The position numbers were made by a program, and so were the translations under genes. From Candidatus Poribacteria bacterium (GTDB lineage Bacteria > Poribacteria > WGA-4E > WGA-3G): a stretch of DNA of 64,000 nt. The DNA lies in the NCBI GenBank assembly GCA_026710795.1, contig JAPOQK010000080.1:465-64464 (forward strand), written 5' to 3'. This document shows positions 38,190-47,358 of the stretch, piece by piece. The notes under the pieces are model-generated. The model was not told the DNA's origin, did no database searches, and was given only the letters and a program-made list of their open reading frames with translations. How positions within the stretch are numbered: the first letter of the stretch is position 1; each line of letters begins with the position of its first letter.

Positions 38190-39408
38190 GAAATATAAGG
38201 GTAAGTCAACAGAGGCTATTCATGCGGGAGAATCGTTACCTATTCTCCCGTCTGATGGAGAAGAAGGTCTGTCAGAAAAAACTGGCATTCCATTACTCAC
38301 TCCAATTTATCAGAATAGCACATTCCAATTTCAGACAGCAGCAGAATGTGAATTGGCATGCATTGATGAGGAAAGTGGTTACATCTATACACGATGGGGA
38401 AATCCTACACAACAGGTGTTAGAACAGAAACTTGCAGTCCTTGAGACAGGTGAAGCAGCGTTGGCAACGGCTTCAGGAATGGGTGCTATTAGCACGGCAC
38501 TACTCACTGCTTTGCTTGATGGTGGTCACGTTGTGGCTATGGAAACCCTTTATTCCGCCGCATACAATCTGCTGAACGAAGATTTCCCACGGATGGGAAT
38601 TGAGACTACATTCGTTGATGCAACTGATCCGAATAAAATTGAAAGTGCTATTCGTCCTGACACAAAGGTTATCTACTTAGAAAGTCCAACAAACCCGCTA
38701 CTCAAACTTGTTGATATCGCTGCGTGCGCTGAGATTGCAAAGACACATAACATAACATCAATCATCGATAATACTTTCGCTACAGCCTGCGGTCAACAAC
38801 CAATAACACTTGGTATTGATGTGGTGCTCCACAGCATGACGAAATATCTGAGTGGTAACGGTGCAGTCATCGCAGGTGCAATAATCGGTGAGAATGAATT
38901 CATTATGCGTGCCAAAAAAGGTGCGTTGCGAAACTTCGGTGCAGTCATCAGTCCGTTTAACGCGTGGTTAACATTACTCGGCATACCTACTTTACCACTT
39001 CGGTGGACAAAGCACTGTGAGAACGCGGTCAGCATCGCAACGTTCCTTGAGCAGCATCCTGCAGTTGCTTGGGTACGTTATCCTGGGTTAGTTAGCCATC
39101 CTCAGTATGAACTTGCGAAACGTCAGATGAACGGTTTTGGTGGTATGATAACAATGGAACTCAAAGGAGGACGAGATGCTGGTGAGGCATTGGTGAACCG
39201 ACTTCAAATCTGCTCACTGGCAGTTAGTTTAGGCGATGTTCGCACCTTAGTATGTCATCCTGCATCAACAACGCATTCACTTGTCTCTGCCGAAGTCCGT
39301 CAACAGACCGGTATTACGGACGGTATGGTCAGGTTCTCCATTGGATTAGAGGATACTGAGGATATCATTGCTGACCTTGATCAAGCGTTAGATGTTCTTC
39401 CTTCTTGA
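38179..39408 (+). CDS. Cys/Met-metabolism PLP-dependent enzyme (cystathionine gamma-synthase / beta-lyase / methionine gamma-lyase family)
   Basis: 409 aa; SMTKYLSGNGAVIAGAI PLP-lysine motif. GTG start overlaps the ogt stop, suggesting translational coupling. Confidence 0.8.
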   Translation: MKNKKYKGKSTEAIHAGESLPILPSDGEEGLSEKTGIPLLTPIYQNSTFQFQTAAECELACIDEESGYIYTRWGNPTQQVLEQKLAVLETGEAALATASGMGAISTALLTALLDGGHVVAMETLYSAAYNLLNEDFPRMGIETTFVDATDPNKIESAIRPDTKVIYLESPTNPLLKLVDIAACAEIAKTHNITSIIDNTFATACGQQPITLGIDVVLHSMTKYLSGNGAVIAGAIIGENEFIMRAKKGALRNFGAVISPFNAWLTLLGIPTLPLRWTKHCENAVSIATFLEQHPAVAWVRYPGLVSHPQYELAKRQMNGFGGMITMELKGGRDAGEALVNRLQICSLAVSLGDVRTLVCHPASTTHSLVSAEVRQQTGITDGMVRFSIGLEDTEDIIADLDQALDVLPS

Positions 39409-39553
39409 AGAATTTATTTATCTACATTTATGGCAGTTTTGTTAAAGCATCAATTTAATTCTTGATAATAATGAACAATCTTGTTATGCTTGATAATCAG
39501 AAAAGATACAAATACTAAGAATGAATTTTGTGTGCCGATTTAGGAGAAAAGTA

Positions 39554-40366
39554 ATGAATAAATTATTATGTTTAATATCAATTATCGCATTAATCTTTGT
39601 AAATTACAGTTTCGCACAGGATGTTGCTGTCGTCTACGACGCTAAAATAGAAAACGGGGGTGGTTTGGGAATTGCAGGTGGTGTCGCTGGTGCAAAAGGA
39701 TTAGCAGACCTAATTGTAGAGAAACTTATAGATCATAAAGTTGCTGCAGAAATCGTTGATGCTGAAGCTTTAGTAGAATATATGGATAATAATCCAAATG
39801 GTATCTTTGTTCTCACACAAGGAAATACACCTGACACAATATTTCAAAATAAAGGAAAAGATGATCTGATTTATTCCTGGTTGAGAGAGGGCGGAATCGG
39901 TGGATTCATAGGAGACTATCCATTGTACTATTATTGGGATTTTAATGCTGGGGCACGCGTTACTGCAGCGGGTGCAGGTCAACAAAAGATTTTTGGGGTG
40001 ACCGTCACCAATGCAAACGTCGCAGCAGTTTCACCGACAGATCACGGAAAAGAGTTTATTCCTTCACTCGGAAAATGGACGTCAAATCGTCCAGTCGGTC
40101 TCGCTGCTCTTAGAAATAATAATTTTGAGTTTGAAAGTTATGCAGATGATGGAAATAATGCAGATCCAGTTGCTTACCGAACTGAGGATATGGAAGGATG
40201 GTTTATTAACTTTCACACTTCATGTTGTGGTACGGTCATACCGGACAATGAGCAAGTTGCAACAGAATATGCTGAACTCATCTCAAACCGTTTTTCTGAT
40301 GGTTTGTCAGTAGATCCTATAGGAAAAGTTAGTGTGGTTTGGGGACAGCTAAAATCTGTGCGATAG
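39554..40366 (+). CDS. secreted hypothetical protein with conserved C-terminal WGxLKxV tag
   Basis: Start at MNKLLCLISIIALIFVNYSFAQD (GGAG RBS). No recognisable domain. C-terminal VDPIGKVSVVWGQLKSVR matches the C-terminus of the 32533-33324 gene. Confidence 0.5.
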   Translation: MNKLLCLISIIALIFVNYSFAQDVAVVYDAKIENGGGLGIAGGVAGAKGLADLIVEKLIDHKVAAEIVDAEALVEYMDNNPNGIFVLTQGNTPDTIFQNKGKDDLIYSWLREGGIGGFIGDYPLYYYWDFNAGARVTAAGAGQQKIFGVTVTNANVAAVSPTDHGKEFIPSLGKWTSNRPVGLAALRNNNFEFESYADDGNNADPVAYRTEDMEGWFINFHTSCCGTVIPDNEQVATEYAELISNRFSDGLSVDPIGKVSVVWGQLKSVR

Positions 40367-40443
40367 CCAACAGACCGTCCGTAGTCGTAATCATCTGATT
40401 GTGACTACGGAAATTCAATCAATAGGTTTGTTCAGTAATTTTC

Positions 40444-40472
40444 TTGACTTTTCTATTCAGATATATTATAAT
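40444..40472 (+). promoter_or_regulatory. consensus sigma70-type promoter (TTGACT-17-TATAAT) at the head of a ~480-nt ilvB leader
   Basis: ttgact tttctattcagatatat tataat, exact -35/-10 consensus with 17-bp spacer. Confidence 0.5.
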
Positions 40473-40858
40473 TACTACGGTATAGATAAGTATCTAACAT
40501 GCACACGGCACAATAAGGCGTGTACAACACAATTAAATAGATTACATAAAAGCGTTGAAAGGGAGGAGTAGGTCCTCCGGACTTGCAAGAGATGGTGACT
40601 CATAGGCTGTAAGGTTACCTCAAGATCCTACGACTGAAGGTCGCCCTGGAGCTGCTAATCTGAATATTCTATTGATCGATATCCCAAGTAAGATTAGTCG
40701 GTGTGATGTCCGTTATCGCATCCCAAAGAGTGCTTTTCCTCGTTCTGGTAGTTTTTAAAGTCTTATTTCCATGGAAACGAGGGAGAGAATTGGAGTGGTA
40801 CCACGGTAAGGTCGGTTTCGGCAGTAATCGCAAGCCGAAACGTGCTATAATAGCCGCA

Positions 40859-40896
40859 TCCTTCTCGTCTCCAAAGTTGGAACGAGAGGGTTTTTT
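40859..40896 (+). terminator. terminator-like hairpin plus U6 inside the ilvB leader (candidate attenuator)
   Basis: CTTCTCGTCTCC-aaagtt-GGAACGAGAGGG then TTTTTT, about 60 nt upstream of the ilvB start. Confidence 0.45.
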
Positions 40897-40955
40897 ACTT
40901 TCAACAACTTACGGCACAATGGAATGTGCCTTTACCGTCTATGAGGAAAATTGGC

Positions 40956-42632
40956 ATGGAACTTTCAGGTGCACAAACCCTGGTTGATTGTCTCAAACGA
41001 GAAGGTGTCGAATATATCTTCGGTGTGAACGGTGGCGCGGCAATGCCTATTTTCGATGCCCTGTACGATGAAACAGAAGTAAAATTAATTCCAATGCGTC
41101 ATGAGCAAGGTGCTTCTCATGCCGCTGATGGATATGCACGCGCCACAGGAAAAGTCGGTGTAGCACTTGCCACCTCCGGTCCTGGCGCAACTAATCTTGT
41201 GACAGGAATCGCCACAGCATATATGGATTCAATCCCAATGGTCGCGATTACTGGACAGGTGTACACAGATTTTATTGGAAGTGATGCATTTCAAGAATGT
41301 GATGTTATCGGTGTAACTCGCCCAATCTGTAAACATAGTTACCTCATCAAAAATTCTGACGAAGTCGCCGATGTTGTGGCAGAAGCATTCCATATTGCCA
41401 GCACAGGGAAACAAGGACCCGTCATTATTGACATTGCAAAAGATGCTCAGAAAAATGAAACGCTGTTTCAATATCCAGAAACAGTAGATATTCGCAGCTA
41501 TAAACCACAAGTAGATGGTGATCCAGCACAAATTGCAAAAGCCGCAGCGTTGATTAAGGAAGCAAAACGTCCAATGCTTTATGCAGGTGGTGGTGTTGTG
41601 CTTGCCGATGCGAGTGAAGAACTGCGAGAATTAACCCTCAAAACGCAGATTCCCATTACCGTCACATTGATGGGACTTGGTGCGTTTCCCGAAACACATC
41701 CGTTAGCAATGGAGATGCCCGGCATGCACGGGTCTTGCTGTGCTAATTATGCTTTCACGGATTCCGATCTTGTTGTTGCTATTGGGGCAAGATTTGATGA
41801 TAGGGTTACCGGGAACTTGAGTAAATTCGCACCGAACGCTAAAAAAATACATATAGATATTGATGCATCATGTATCGGGAAAAATGTACAAGTAGATGTG
41901 CCAATTGTTGGAGATGCAAAGAATGTCCTTACGGAACTAAACAAGTTAGTTGACACCGCAGATATTGACCCTTGGCGCGATCAAATTCAGGAATGGAAGC
42001 AGAAATATCCATTTGAATATGAGCAAAAAGGTAATAAGGTGATGCCTCAATATGTCATTGAGCAGATATATCAGCATTACAGTGATGCAATAGTCGTAGC
42101 AGATGTCGGTCAACACCAGATGTGGGCAGCACAATACTTCAAATTCACTGAACCTCGCAAGTGGCTCAACTCTGGAGGGCTTGGAACAATGGGTTTCAGT
42201 CTGCCAGCTGCAATCGGAGCACAACTCGGTTGTCCAGAAGATACCGTAGTTAATATCAACGGTGATGGGTCATACATTATGTGCATTCAAGAATTAGTGC
42301 CAGCGATTACGATGAAGTTACCTCTTAAGATATTCATTATCAACAATATGTATTTAGGGATGGTGCGTCAATGGCAAGAACTCTTCAGCAACAAACGGTA
42401 TGCTGCTGTTGATTATCACGACAACCCAGATTTCGCTTTACTTGCACAGGCATTCGGTGCTACCGGTCTCCGTGTAGAACATCCTGAAGATGTTGAACCC
42501 GCATTACTGAAGGCAAAAGGGATCAACGACGGTCCCGTTGTCATTGATTTCATCGTTGCAGAAGAGGAAAACGTGTTCCCGATGGTACCCGCTGGACAAG
42601 GTCTTGGAGATGTCATCAGGGGACTATCCTAA
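40956..42632 (+). CDS. ilvB: acetolactate synthase large subunit
   Basis: MELSGAQTLVDCLKREGVEYIFGVNGGAAMPIFDAL and ThDP motif GDGSYIMCIQEL. Start at MELSG (GAGGA RBS), not the track start at 40926. Confidence 0.9.
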   Translation: MELSGAQTLVDCLKREGVEYIFGVNGGAAMPIFDALYDETEVKLIPMRHEQGASHAADGYARATGKVGVALATSGPGATNLVTGIATAYMDSIPMVAITGQVYTDFIGSDAFQECDVIGVTRPICKHSYLIKNSDEVADVVAEAFHIASTGKQGPVIIDIAKDAQKNETLFQYPETVDIRSYKPQVDGDPAQIAKAAALIKEAKRPMLYAGGGVVLADASEELRELTLKTQIPITVTLMGLGAFPETHPLAMEMPGMHGSCCANYAFTDSDLVVAIGARFDDRVTGNLSKFAPNAKKIHIDIDASCIGKNVQVDVPIVGDAKNVLTELNKLVDTADIDPWRDQIQEWKQKYPFEYEQKGNKVMPQYVIEQIYQHYSDAIVVADVGQHQMWAAQYFKFTEPRKWLNSGGLGTMGFSLPAAIGAQLGCPEDTVVNINGDGSYIMCIQELVPAITMKLPLKIFIINNMYLGMVRQWQELFSNKRYAAVDYHDNPDFALLAQAFGATGLRVEHPEDVEPALLKAKGINDGPVVIDFIVAEEENVFPMVPAGQGLGDVIRGLS

Positions 42633-42725
42633 ATCCAATACCTGTGAGAGGGATCAATTCTCTTGTTTTCTGGAAGAGATGTGACATTCCCTCTCAATCT
42701 CAAAAACAAGCTATTATTAAAAAAT

Positions 42726-43223
42726 ATGAATAAAGAAGAACGACACATTTTTTCGGTCATGGTCGAAAATCGATTTGGCGTGCTTGCACGTGTTGTAAGT
42801 CTTTTCAGTGGACGCGGATTTAATATTGACAGCCTCAACGTCGCAGAAACACACGACAAAAGCGTTTCACAGATTACCCTCGTTACACATGGCGATGCAC
42901 AGATAATTGAGCAAATCTATCAGCACCTGAATAGACTGATTGACGTTATTGAGGTGACAGACCTTTCCGCTGGTACACATGTTGAACGTGAGATTGTGCT
43001 GATTAAAGTTTCCACTGATGATGCACAAAAACGCACAGAAATTCTTCAAACTGCTGAAGTCTTCCGTGGACGTGTGATTGATATGAAACCTGCCTCCCTT
43101 GTGCTTGAAATTACCGGGGATGAGGGTAAATTGGAAGCAGCAATAAATATTTTTAACACCTACGGCATTCTTGAATTAGCACGTACTGGTAAAATAGCGA
43201 TGTCGCGCGGAGTTACAAATTAG
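42726..43223 (+). CDS. ilvN: acetolactate synthase small (regulatory) subunit
   Basis: RHIFSVMVENRFGVLARVVSLFSGRGFNIDSLNV ACT domain; start at MNKEERH rather than the TTG-initiated track ORF at 42663. Confidence 0.85.
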   Translation: MNKEERHIFSVMVENRFGVLARVVSLFSGRGFNIDSLNVAETHDKSVSQITLVTHGDAQIIEQIYQHLNRLIDVIEVTDLSAGTHVEREIVLIKVSTDDAQKRTEILQTAEVFRGRVIDMKPASLVLEITGDEGKLEAAINIFNTYGILELARTGKIAMSRGVTN

Positions 43224-43618
43224 GATTTGTTCGTGTAACCTTCCAATTTTCCAACAGTTACAGTCCTATATCATTATACCATTTCTAAGTGATAATCATC
43301 TCATTGTAGGAGGGAACACATAGATTATTTGACACAGACCCTAAGTCATATATCAGAGTCCTTTGACTATTAATCGTTATGTGACTATTCAAATTAAAAC
43401 TATATTAATTAATCAATATCTTCATATAAACTATTCCTACGGATAGATTATATTAACAACGAAGGTAAGTGTGAGAATCGAAGTTATTAATTCGGTTTAG
43501 TTTGATATTTTGGGTTACATTATTCATACTCCACGCAGAAGAACGGAAAACCCAGTTTTCTAAAATATGGACTTGCCATTGGGAACTCAACGAGCAACCC
43601 ACCATCAAATAAGCATTT

Positions 43619-44530
43619 ATGATAGAAAAAGAATTTAGAAATGAAGATCCCACTGGTAAGGCTATAACCTTAATATTGTTTGTCGTTTCTCTTATAGGTG
43701 CTGGATCATTATCTGTTAAAATTGGTTTGCAGGGTTTCCCACCGCTGAAAATGGCACTTTTTCGTAGCATGTTAGGAATTCTTGTTGTCGGAGGAGTAGG
43801 ATTTTACTTTGGGGTGTCAATGCGATTACGTTTTGAGGAATTGCCCCGACTACTCTTGCTTGCAGCACTCCAGGCATTACATATAATTACAATGAATGTC
43901 GGCACGCAATTCACGACGGCTTCGCGTTCTACTATTTGTCATACACTGTATCCAATATTTGTAGTTCTGTTCGGACATTTCTGGCTTCCGGGTGATCGAC
44001 TTTCTCCCACAAAGTTATTGGGTATCCTCGCTGCGTTCGGTGGTATGTTTGTAGCACTCGCACCAAATCTACAAGGCACAGGTGCTGCGGAGCACCTCAT
44101 CGGTGACTTGATAGTAACACTGTCGGCTTGTCTACTTGCATTCCGAATTACATTCACAAAACTGTTTGTTCAGGAGATTTACCCGTATCGACTCCTCGTT
44201 TGGTTATTAGGTATAAGCATTCCGATTTTTTTCGTTTTAAGTTACATATTTGAGCGTGAGAAATCAATTGTGTGGACATTAGCAAGCAGCGGGGCTTTGC
44301 TCTATCAAGGATGGGTTATAACAGGTTTCTGCTTTTTAGCCTTGACATGGGTGCTAAGGAAATACAAGGCAAGCAAACTGGTGGTTTTTTCTTTTCTTAT
44401 GCCGGTGTCGGGAGTTTTGTTTAGCAACATGTTCTTAGGCGATGCGTTAACCTTCAGTTTATTGGCGGGTACAGGATTAGTTGCAACAGGAATTTATCTT
44501 GTGAACATGCAACCTAAAAAAGCACAATGA
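43619..44530 (+). CDS. DMT-superfamily (EamA-like) transporter
   Basis: 303 aa, ~10 TM helices; two EamA-like halves. Confidence 0.7.
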   Translation: MIEKEFRNEDPTGKAITLILFVVSLIGAGSLSVKIGLQGFPPLKMALFRSMLGILVVGGVGFYFGVSMRLRFEELPRLLLLAALQALHIITMNVGTQFTTASRSTICHTLYPIFVVLFGHFWLPGDRLSPTKLLGILAAFGGMFVALAPNLQGTGAAEHLIGDLIVTLSACLLAFRITFTKLFVQEIYPYRLLVWLLGISIPIFFVLSYIFEREKSIVWTLASSGALLYQGWVITGFCFLALTWVLRKYKASKLVVFSFLMPVSGVLFSNMFLGDALTFSLLAGTGLVATGIYLVNMQPKKAQ

Positions 44531-44721
44531 TAGAGATGATAGAAATGGTTAAGGTGAGTCTGTGGCAAGCGATATAGTTTTATATATGTTACCCACATGA
44601 ATTTCACAGCAACACGTAAAATGTTAATACTAAAGTAATTTCTTTGCTTTATGGAACCTAAGATATAATAGTGACTGGATAGACTTAACTACAAAGATGT
44701 AATAGAAAGGAACATAATTTT

Positions 44722-45714
44722 ATGGCAACAATTTATTATGATAGTGATGCCAATTTTGATTTATTAAAAGAACGTACCGTCGCCATCATCGGCTATGGTG
44801 CACAAGGCAGAGCACAAGCACTAAACTTACAAGACAGCGGCGCGAACGTTGTTGTTGGATTGTATGAAGGCAGCCGTTCAAAAGAGCGCGCGGAAGCAGA
44901 AGGCATTACCGTCAATAATGTAGAAGAAGCGTCTGCAATGGCAGACATCGTTCAGATTCTCATCCCAGATGAAAAACATTCTGCTGTCTACCGGGATGAG
45001 ATTGCACCCAATATGCAAGCAGGCAATATGTTGATGGTCTCACACGGGTTCAGTGTTCACTTCGGACAGATTCTACCTTCCGATGATATTGACGTAACTA
45101 TGATTGCACCGAAGGGACCTGGTTCTCTTGTTCGTGAAGTATTTGAAGGTGGTGGTGGTGTGCCGTGTCTCATTGCTATACATCAAGATACAACCGGTGC
45201 AGCCCGTGACATTGCTCTCGCTTATGCCAGAGGTATCGGTGGCACACGCGCGGGTGTCATTGAGACTACATTCCAGGAAGAAACTGAAACAGACCTTTTT
45301 GGGGAACAAGCCGTGCTTTGTGGTGGAACTGCTGCCCTTATTAAAGCAGCATTTGACACACTCGTTGAAGCAGGTTATCAACCGGAAATGGCATACTTTG
45401 AATGCCTACATGAACTGAAACTGATTGTTGATCTCCTCTATACCGGTGGGTTAAGCAAAATGCGCAACGATATAAGTAACACTGCTGAATATGGTGATTT
45501 GACGCGTGGACCGCAACTCATTGACGATAGCGTTCGTGAAAAAATGCGTCAAATTCTAAAAGACGTGCAAGGCGGTATCTTCGCACGTGAATGGGTGCTT
45601 GAGAATCAAGCTAACCAAGCAGTACTACGCGCCCTACGACGACAGGAAGCAGAACTGCAGATTGAAGAAGTCGGTAAAAACTTACGTAGTATGATGAGTT
45701 GGCTTGACGAATAG
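44722..45714 (+). CDS. ilvC: ketol-acid reductoisomerase
   Basis: [40 protein letters not shown]... is a class I KARI signature. Confidence 0.9.
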   Translation: MATIYYDSDANFDLLKERTVAIIGYGAQGRAQALNLQDSGANVVVGLYEGSRSKERAEAEGITVNNVEEASAMADIVQILIPDEKHSAVYRDEIAPNMQAGNMLMVSHGFSVHFGQILPSDDIDVTMIAPKGPGSLVREVFEGGGGVPCLIAIHQDTTGAARDIALAYARGIGGTRAGVIETTFQEETETDLFGEQAVLCGGTAALIKAAFDTLVEAGYQPEMAYFECLHELKLIVDLLYTGGLSKMRNDISNTAEYGDLTRGPQLIDDSVREKMRQILKDVQGGIFAREWVLENQANQAVLRALRRQEAELQIEEVGKNLRSMMSWLDE

Positions 45715-45724
45715 TCTATTATTC

Positions 45725-45763
45725 ACGGTAGATACGATTTCCTAACCGTATCTACCGTTATGG
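45725..45763 (+). terminator. hairpin after ilvC (weak U-tract)
   Basis: ACGGTAGATACG-atttcctaa-CGTATCTACCGT then TATGGTT. Confidence 0.4.
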
Positions 45764-45819
45764 TTCATTCCAAAATTGACACTTGTAGCGGTCCTCATAA
45801 GACACACTTACTGTAGACA

Positions 45820-47034
45820 ATGTCCGACACTCCTAAGGGAGCCAACCCCAATTTGGCATCCAACAAATTTAGCCGGACTTCACTAATTCTCCCAATCTAC
45901 CTTCCTGCCTTGCTTCTTTCATCAGGTGCGGGAATTATTTATCCAACACTCGCTATATACATTGAATCGTTTGGATTATCTTATACTTTAACAACATTCG
46001 TTATTGCGATTAGCGTTGTTGGGAATATCCCTGCTGGTATTTTGGTGGAACGCGTCGGTAGAAAACCGGCAATGTTGATCGGATTGGTAATGATAGCCAT
46101 TTCTACATTTGGAATGGGAACAGCGAGTAATCTTACACATCTTTTTCTGGCACAATTGATTGGTGGTGTTGGTAATGCGTTATGGATGCTCTCTCGGCAT
46201 GCCTATATGACCGATATGATCCCAATAGCAAAGCGAGGAATATCAATTGCGTTGTTTGGTGGTGTCAACCGCATGGGAACTTTTGCTGGAAAGCTTGGGG
46301 CAATCTTCCTTGGAGCAAATCTGAGACTGCCGTTTTTCGTATATGCGGGAATTGCTGTGCTGACGCTACTAATCTGTTTTTTTTCTATACCTGATACAAA
46401 ACGGGAACCGAAGGATCAATCGCAAGAAACACAGCAACCCTATCTGACACAACTACTCCAAGTATCTAAACAACATTATAGGTTATTGGCAACAGCAGGT
46501 ATTGGGCAGGTCTGCGTTCAAACACTGCGACGTGGGTGCCATATCATCATTCCACTATATGCCAAGGATGTTGCAGGTATAAACACACAAGGTATCCGTT
46601 TGGTGGAGATGATTTCTTCGGCTGTTGATATGTCAATGTTTCCAGTGGCAGGATTTATGATGGACCGTTTCGGTAGGAGGTTTGCAACAGTACCAGGGAT
46701 TTGCCTCTTTGCTACCGGCATGGTGTTGATGCCGTTCACACAATCATTTACGTGGTTGCTTCTTGCTGCTATCCTGATGCGGTTTGGGAACGGGATCGCA
46801 TCAGGGACAATGATGACACTCGGTGCAGATTTAGCACCGAAAGATGGAACTGGAGAGTTTCTTGGATTATGGAGGCTTACTGGAGACTTTGGCGGGGCAG
46901 CTGGACCTGTCGTAGTTGGTAAAATCGCTGATGTATTTGGATTAGGTTTTTCAGGGTTCGCTTTAGGGGGGATTGGATACCTTGCAGTGAGTATCTTTCT
47001 CTGGCTTGTACCAGAGACATTGCAAAAAGAATAA
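45820..47034 (+). CDS. MFS transporter
   Basis: 404 aa, 12 predicted TM helices; GxLxERVGRK motif between TM2 and TM3. Confidence 0.75.
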   Translation: MSDTPKGANPNLASNKFSRTSLILPIYLPALLLSSGAGIIYPTLAIYIESFGLSYTLTTFVIAISVVGNIPAGILVERVGRKPAMLIGLVMIAISTFGMGTASNLTHLFLAQLIGGVGNALWMLSRHAYMTDMIPIAKRGISIALFGGVNRMGTFAGKLGAIFLGANLRLPFFVYAGIAVLTLLICFFSIPDTKREPKDQSQETQQPYLTQLLQVSKQHYRLLATAGIGQVCVQTLRRGCHIIIPLYAKDVAGINTQGIRLVEMISSAVDMSMFPVAGFMMDRFGRRFATVPGICLFATGMVLMPFTQSFTWLLLAAILMRFGNGIASGTMMTLGADLAPKDGTGEFLGLWRLTGDFGGAAGPVVVGKIADVFGLGFSGFALGGIGYLAVSIFLWLVPETLQKE

Positions 47035-47036
47035 AA

Positions 47037-47122
47037 TGCCGGAAGAGGGACTCGAACCCTCACGCGCGATTTGCACACTAGAACCTGAATCTAGCCTGTC
47101 TACCAAATTCCAGCATCCCGGC
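47037..47122 (-). tRNA. tRNA-Leu (anticodon CAG), CCA not encoded
   Basis: Minus-strand read GCCGGGAUG-CUGGAAUUUGGUAGACAG-GCUAGAUUCAGGUUCUAGUG-(long variable arm UGCAAAUCGCGCGUGA)-GGGUUCGAGUCCCUC-UUCCGGCA. Anticodon arm GCUAGAUUCAGGUUCUAGUG closely matches, from memory, the E. coli Leu(CAG) tRNA anticodon arm; the long variable arm is typical of Leu. Confidence 0.8.
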
Positions 47123-47185
47123 ATTGCAATGATATAGTATATACGGATTCCAATCAAATGTCAAATTATAGTGAATTGTAGTATC

Positions 47186-47356
47186 GTAGGTCGGAGCGAG
47201 CAAAGTGACCTACGACATATTTGAGTAGATATTTGTTTATTGTGAGGTGCCATGTTGGTCTTTGACAGTGATTGTATTGCAGAAAAAACCCTTCTGTGAT
47301 TTCTGTGATTCTGACAACAAACATGTCGGAGGTCGCTACACTCGTTCCGACCTACG
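47186..47356. repeat. inverted pair of REP-like elements enclosing ~108 bp, between tRNA-Leu and mnmE
   Basis: 47186-47217 cgtaggtcggagcgagcaaagtgacctacgac; 47325-47356 gtcggaggtcgctacactcgttccgacctacg, the reverse-complement orientation. Confidence 0.55.
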
Positions 47357-47358
47357 TT

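Noticed and set aside
40540-40700. GGGAGGAGTAGGTCCTCCGG... segment considered as RNase P RNA, SRP RNA or tmRNA
   Set aside because: It does not match the conserved cores of those RNAs as I recall them (no GGAAGCAGCC SRP helix, no tmRNA tag reading frame, no P4 pairing); it is treated as part of the ilvB leader.
43453-43770. 105-aa minus-strand ORF overlapping the DMT transporter start
   Set aside because: It is antisense to a well-supported membrane transporter gene, with no RBS and no recognisable motifs.
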